Of a stretch of DNA of 7,314 bases, positions 6,791 through 7,314 are shown one piece after another (the stretch's first letter is position 1; every line of letters starts with the position of its first letter). The notes under the pieces were generated by a model. That model did no database searches. It was not told the origin of the DNA and saw only the letters and a list, made by a program, of their open reading frames with translations. The stretch covers positions 1-7,314 of the forward strand of contig NZ_JAEDAM010000050.1 of the NCBI RefSeq assembly GCF_018420025.1. Reading direction: 5' to 3'. Both the position numbers and the translations under genes were made by a program. This DNA is from Candidatus Vampirococcus lugosii (lineage in GTDB: Bacteria > Patescibacteriota > Gracilibacteria > Absconditabacterales > Absconditicoccaceae).

Positions 6791-7314
6791 TTATTTATCT
6801 AATTTTTTCTTCTTTTTTATTTTATATTTTTTCATTATTCTTTCTGATTCGTTATTTTTAATATTTTCTTTTTCATTTTTTTTATTTTTTGTTTTATTAG
6901 TTGTTTTTTCATTAACTTTAGTAAAAGTAATATTTCACGATTTATTTTTAATATTATCAATTTTATTTTTAATATCATCAGTTTTCTGTTGAGTTTTTTC
7001 TTTTACAGAATCAAATTTTTCTTTTGAATTATTTTTAGTATCATCAATTTTATTTTTAATATCATCAGTTTTTTGTTGAGTTTTTTCTTTTACAGAATTA
7101 AATTTTTCTTTTATATTATTTGTAGTATCAAAAAACTTTTCTTGAATATAAGTAAATTTTTCTTTTATAGATTCAAATTTTTCTTCTGCATTATTAGAAT
7201 TAGTTTTATTAGAATCATCTAAATTAGAATTAGTTTTATTAGAATCATCTAAATTAGAATTAGATTTATTAGAATCATCTAAATTAGAATTAGTTTTATT
7301 AGAATCATCTAAAT
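6791..7314 (-). CDS. hypothetical low-complexity repeat protein, C-terminal 173 aa (5' end lies beyond the window)
   Basis: The minus-strand frame is open from the window edge down to TAA at 6793-6791, with one in-frame TGA at 6937-6935. Translation: (N)LDDSNKTNSN LDDSNKSNSN LDDSNKTNSN LDDSNKTNSN NAEEKFESIKEKFTYIQEKFFDTTNNIKEKFNSVKEKTQQKTDDIKNKIDDTKNNSKEKFDSVKEKTQQKTDDIKNKIDNIKNKSGNITFTKVNEKTTNKTKNKKNEKENIKNNESERIMKKYKIKKKKKLDK*. The coding strand is purine-rich and the 174-codon frame has no TAA/TAG. The gene converges on rlmN with only 9 nt between the two stop codons. No family recognised. Confidence 0.7.
6941..7130 (-). repeat. 87-bp tandem repeat, about 2.2 copies, encoding 29-aa units (KEKFxSVKEKTQQKTDDIKNKIDxxKNxS)
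   Basis: By hand alignment, 6941-7027 and 7028-7114 differ at about 7 of 87 positions. A third copy starts at 7115 (ATTATTTGTAGTATCA) and then diverges. The period of 87 is 29 codons, so the repeat stays in frame in the minus-strand CDS. Confidence 0.85.
7193..7314 (-). repeat. 30-bp perfect tandem repeat, at least 4 copies, truncated by the window edge, encoding the decapeptide LDDSNKTNSN
   Basis: The unit ATTAGAATTAGTTTTATTAGAATCATCTAA occupies 7193-7222, 7223-7252, 7253-7282 and 7283-7312, then restarts at 7313. The third copy has a single substitution (TAGATTT instead of TAGTTTT), giving KSN instead of KTN. Each unit holds an internal 15-bp half-repeat (ATTAGAAT occurs twice). The repeat is in frame within the minus-strand CDS. 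Confidence 0.95.

Noticed and set aside
7193-7314. Possible CRISPR array, given regular 30-bp repeats
   Set aside because: The repeats are directly adjacent with no spacers. They are in frame within a long minus-strand ORF and encode a decapeptide repeat.
1-7314. tRNA, rRNA or other structured RNA genes, including the tRNA-Gly(UCA) expected for this code
   Set aside because: No GC-rich cloverleaf-like segment or T-loop (GTTCGAATC-like) sequence is visible in any non-coding stretch, so none can be supported from this window.

Overview
This very AT-rich bacterial segment has almost no long ORFs under the standard code. Read with TGA as a sense codon, it becomes a compact set of conserved housekeeping genes. 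In-frame TGA repeatedly falls on invariant glycines: the DnaA P-loop, AspRS class II motifs, RlmN VFMGMGEP and Pgl LSGG/GxGxDGH. TGG still falls on conserved Trp, and only TAA ends the genes called here. That pattern is translation table 25 (UGA=Gly), known from Gracilibacteria/BD1-5 and Absconditabacteria/SR1 in the Candidate Phyla Radiation, and the lineage assignment is an inference from it. Under table 25 the gene order is: a small basic hypothetical protein (296-622), aspS (652-2478), an N-terminal remnant of a C5 DNA methyltransferase (2543-2854), a K/E-rich ORF (2878-3174), pgl (3246-3935), dnaA (3966-5454), rlmN (5690-6781), and a convergent minus-strand low-complexity repeat protein running off the right edge (6791-7314). 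Second-look items: dnaA changes reading frame at an A9 homopolymer; the methyltransferase lacks its C-terminal half; the only GC-rich hairpin has its T-tract on the minus strand, pointing to an unannotated transcript in the dnaA-rlmN spacer; perfect 30-bp and diverged 87-bp in-frame tandem repeats lie at the right edge; no start codon has a Shine-Dalgarno motif. The recoding itself is already described, so it is the key to reading the window rather than a new discovery. All counts were made by eye.
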